Shown piece after piece: positions 63,088 to 64,000 of a stretch of 64,000 nucleotides of DNA (positions within the stretch are counted from its first letter, which is position 1; the number at the start of each line of letters is the position of its first letter). The stretch is from a virus (Duplodnaviria; Heunggongvirae; Uroviricota; Caudoviricetes). The notes below the pieces were generated by a model. It was not told the origin of the DNA, did no database searches, and worked only from the letters and a program-made list of their open reading frames with translations. The stretch spans positions 109,277 to 173,276 of IMG/VR virus record IMGVR_UViG_3300012286_000299. One strand, 5' to 3'. The position numbers and the translations under genes are program-made.

Positions 63088-63231
63088 TAATGTTAAACCA
63101 TTCCAATATCTAAAGATATCGTAATGTGGAAACTTATTCCTAGTATATTGGGGTAACGGACAAATGTTCCGGCGGTAACGCTTAATAGTATAGTTGTATG
63201 TGGAAATTGGGTTAAATTGGGGTGGATAATA

Positions 63232-63256
63232 GGGCAGGGTCTCCGCTCCCCTGCCC
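63232..63256 (+). other. GC-rich 8-bp stem hairpin inside an ORF-free GC-rich spacer
   Basis: GGGCAGGG tctccgctc CCCTGCCC. Confidence 0.7.
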
Positions 63257-63311
63257 CGTTATGGAATAACTTTCCTCCCTACCTCCCTTGTATATACAAT
63301 TTTTAATGGAA

Positions 63312-63342
63312 CTAGGTGGAACAAATCAACTTCGTATATTAT
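63312..63342 (+). promoter_or_regulatory. cassette promoter
   Basis: CAACTTCGTATATTATAGTATATTAA. Precedes ORF 63371. Confidence 0.6.
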
Positions 63343-63370
63343 AGTATATTAATAATTAAACAACTATATT

Positions 63371-63553
63371 ATGATAAAGTTTGAGGTTTACCCAAGTGTT
63401 AGATTACAAGCACACCAATTGTTAATCAATTCGAACCGTTTGAAAAGTGTATTTTATAATACTGGAAATACTTTCCTAATTGACCCCGTTGATTTACCTC
63501 GTTGTAAGGAAATACTTACCAAACGAATGATTAAATTAAAGGTAGTTAATTAA
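63371..63553 (+). CDS. hypothetical protein
   Basis: ORF track; own promoter. Confidence 0.6.
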   Translation: MIKFEVYPSVRLQAHQLLINSNRLKSVFYNTGNTFLIDPVDLPRCKEILTKRMIKLKVVN

Positions 63554-63557
63554 GGTA

Positions 63558-63588
63558 ATAGGGGAATAAAAATCCCTTCGTATATTAT
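63558..63588 (+). promoter_or_regulatory. cassette promoter
   Basis: TCCCTTCGTATATTATAGTATAATAA. Precedes ORF 63619. Confidence 0.6.
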
Positions 63589-63618
63589 AGTATAATAAAA
63601 AATATAAAATTAAAGGTT

Positions 63619-63855
63619 ATGAAAGCTAAAGTACAAATTAAATCAGTGTTCGAACAAATTGCAGGTAAAGTATTTACCATGACCAATGTTACCCAAGCCA
63701 AAGAGTATATCACTGAATTTATTACCAGTAAAGGTATTGATGGTACCGACAAACAAACCATCGTTAATAACGTTAATAAATGTACCTCAATTGCACAACT
63801 ACAACGTTACGTGTGTAATTCATTATTAATGTATGAGGGTATGGGTATCAGTTAA
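63619..63855 (+). CDS. hypothetical protein
   Basis: ORF track; own promoter. Confidence 0.65.
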   Translation: MKAKVQIKSVFEQIAGKVFTMTNVTQAKEYITEFITSKGIDGTDKQTIVNNVNKCTSIAQLQRYVCNSLLMYEGMGIS

Positions 63856-63885
63856 TACCCCGCTATTACCCACATTCCCACCGCA

Positions 63886-63930
63886 GGGACCCAGGCTTTA
63901 CAGCCCCGGGTCCCTTCTTTGTTTTTCTTT
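63886..63930 (+). terminator. strong GC-rich rho-independent terminator
   Basis: GGGACCC-a-GGCT ttac AGCC-cc-GGGTCCC followed by TTCTTTGTTTTTCTTT. Confidence 0.75.
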
Positions 63931-63940
63931 CCCTTTTCGT

Positions 63941-63961
63941 CCGAATTCGGTCCGCATGCGG
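63941..63961. repeat. two back-to-back perfect 10-bp palindromes
   Basis: CCGAATTCGG (63941-63950) and CCGCATGCGG (63952-63961), separated by one T, in GC-rich DNA. Confidence 0.9.
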
Positions 63962-64000
63962 ATCGGCACGGGTTGCCCACGCGGCGTTGCTGTCCATAAA

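Noticed and set aside
5601-63225. A shared AATTGGG-N-ATTGGG(G)TGG motif in the spacers at 5601-5618 and 63205-63224 as an iteron or origin element.
   Set aside because: There are only two non-coding copies. Similar strings arise inside coding DNA (for example 13927-13944) from Trp/Gly codons, so this is too weak without statistics.
63209-63239. A G-quadruplex-forming tract.
   Set aside because: Only four short G runs, one with a 9-nt loop. They overlap a competing 8-bp GC hairpin, so the idea is speculative.
55665-63588. The regularly spaced ~40-nt repeats in the right arm as a CRISPR array.
   Set aside because: The units between repeats are 250-870 bp and contain ORFs with start codons at a fixed distance. 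The repeats have promoter architecture (TTG/TATATT) and are not palindromic. No cas genes are present.
1-64000. A prophage or integrative-element interpretation; structural, lysis or packaging genes.
   Set aside because: No integrase, recombinase, repressor, terminase, portal, capsid, tail or endolysin signature was recognisable in any ORF. The window appears to be purely the early/middle arm of a lytic-type genome.

Overview
This window is visibly AT-rich and gene-dense, and every credible gene is on the + strand. It reads as the non-structural (early/middle) arm of a large tailed-phage genome. The promoter grammar (TTG-N20-TAnnTTnA) points to a Bacteroidota/Flavobacteriia host. Recognisable content, left to right: (1) a 5'-truncated WGR-PARP ADP-ribosyltransferase, then small unknown genes including a duplicated pair. 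(2) A nucleotide-metabolism island: an insert-rich ThyA homologue, QueD-QueE-FolE 7-deazaguanine precursor genes, a Gpt-like phosphoribosyltransferase and a MazG-like pyrophosphohydrolase. (3) A replication module: a family-B DNA polymerase split in two by a small inserted ORF, a putative clamp, an RFC-like clamp loader, a Cas4-like nuclease and, further right, an ATP-dependent DNA ligase. (4) An Hsp20/GroES/GroEL chaperone trio. (5) A ~13-kb glycosylation island: two GT-B and about five GT-A glycosyltransferases, a HAD-nucleotidyltransferase fusion, a methyltransferase and a GDPD-like esterase. (6) Thioredoxin and a tRNA 3'-end module (two class-II nucleotidyltransferases, PTH2-like, YqeY-like). 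(7) A secreted/membrane cluster with an SPFH lipoprotein, then DenV and DUF932. (8) Two aberrant tRNA-like elements. (9) About 18 promoter-headed small-gene cassettes, a perfect 871-bp tandem duplication, and GC-rich structured non-coding DNA at the right end. Four free-standing HNH homing-endonuclease genes and one decayed remnant are scattered through the window. I saw no capsid, tail, terminase, lysis or integrase genes, no rRNA and no CRISPR array. All function calls rest on reading motifs by eye; no searches were run.
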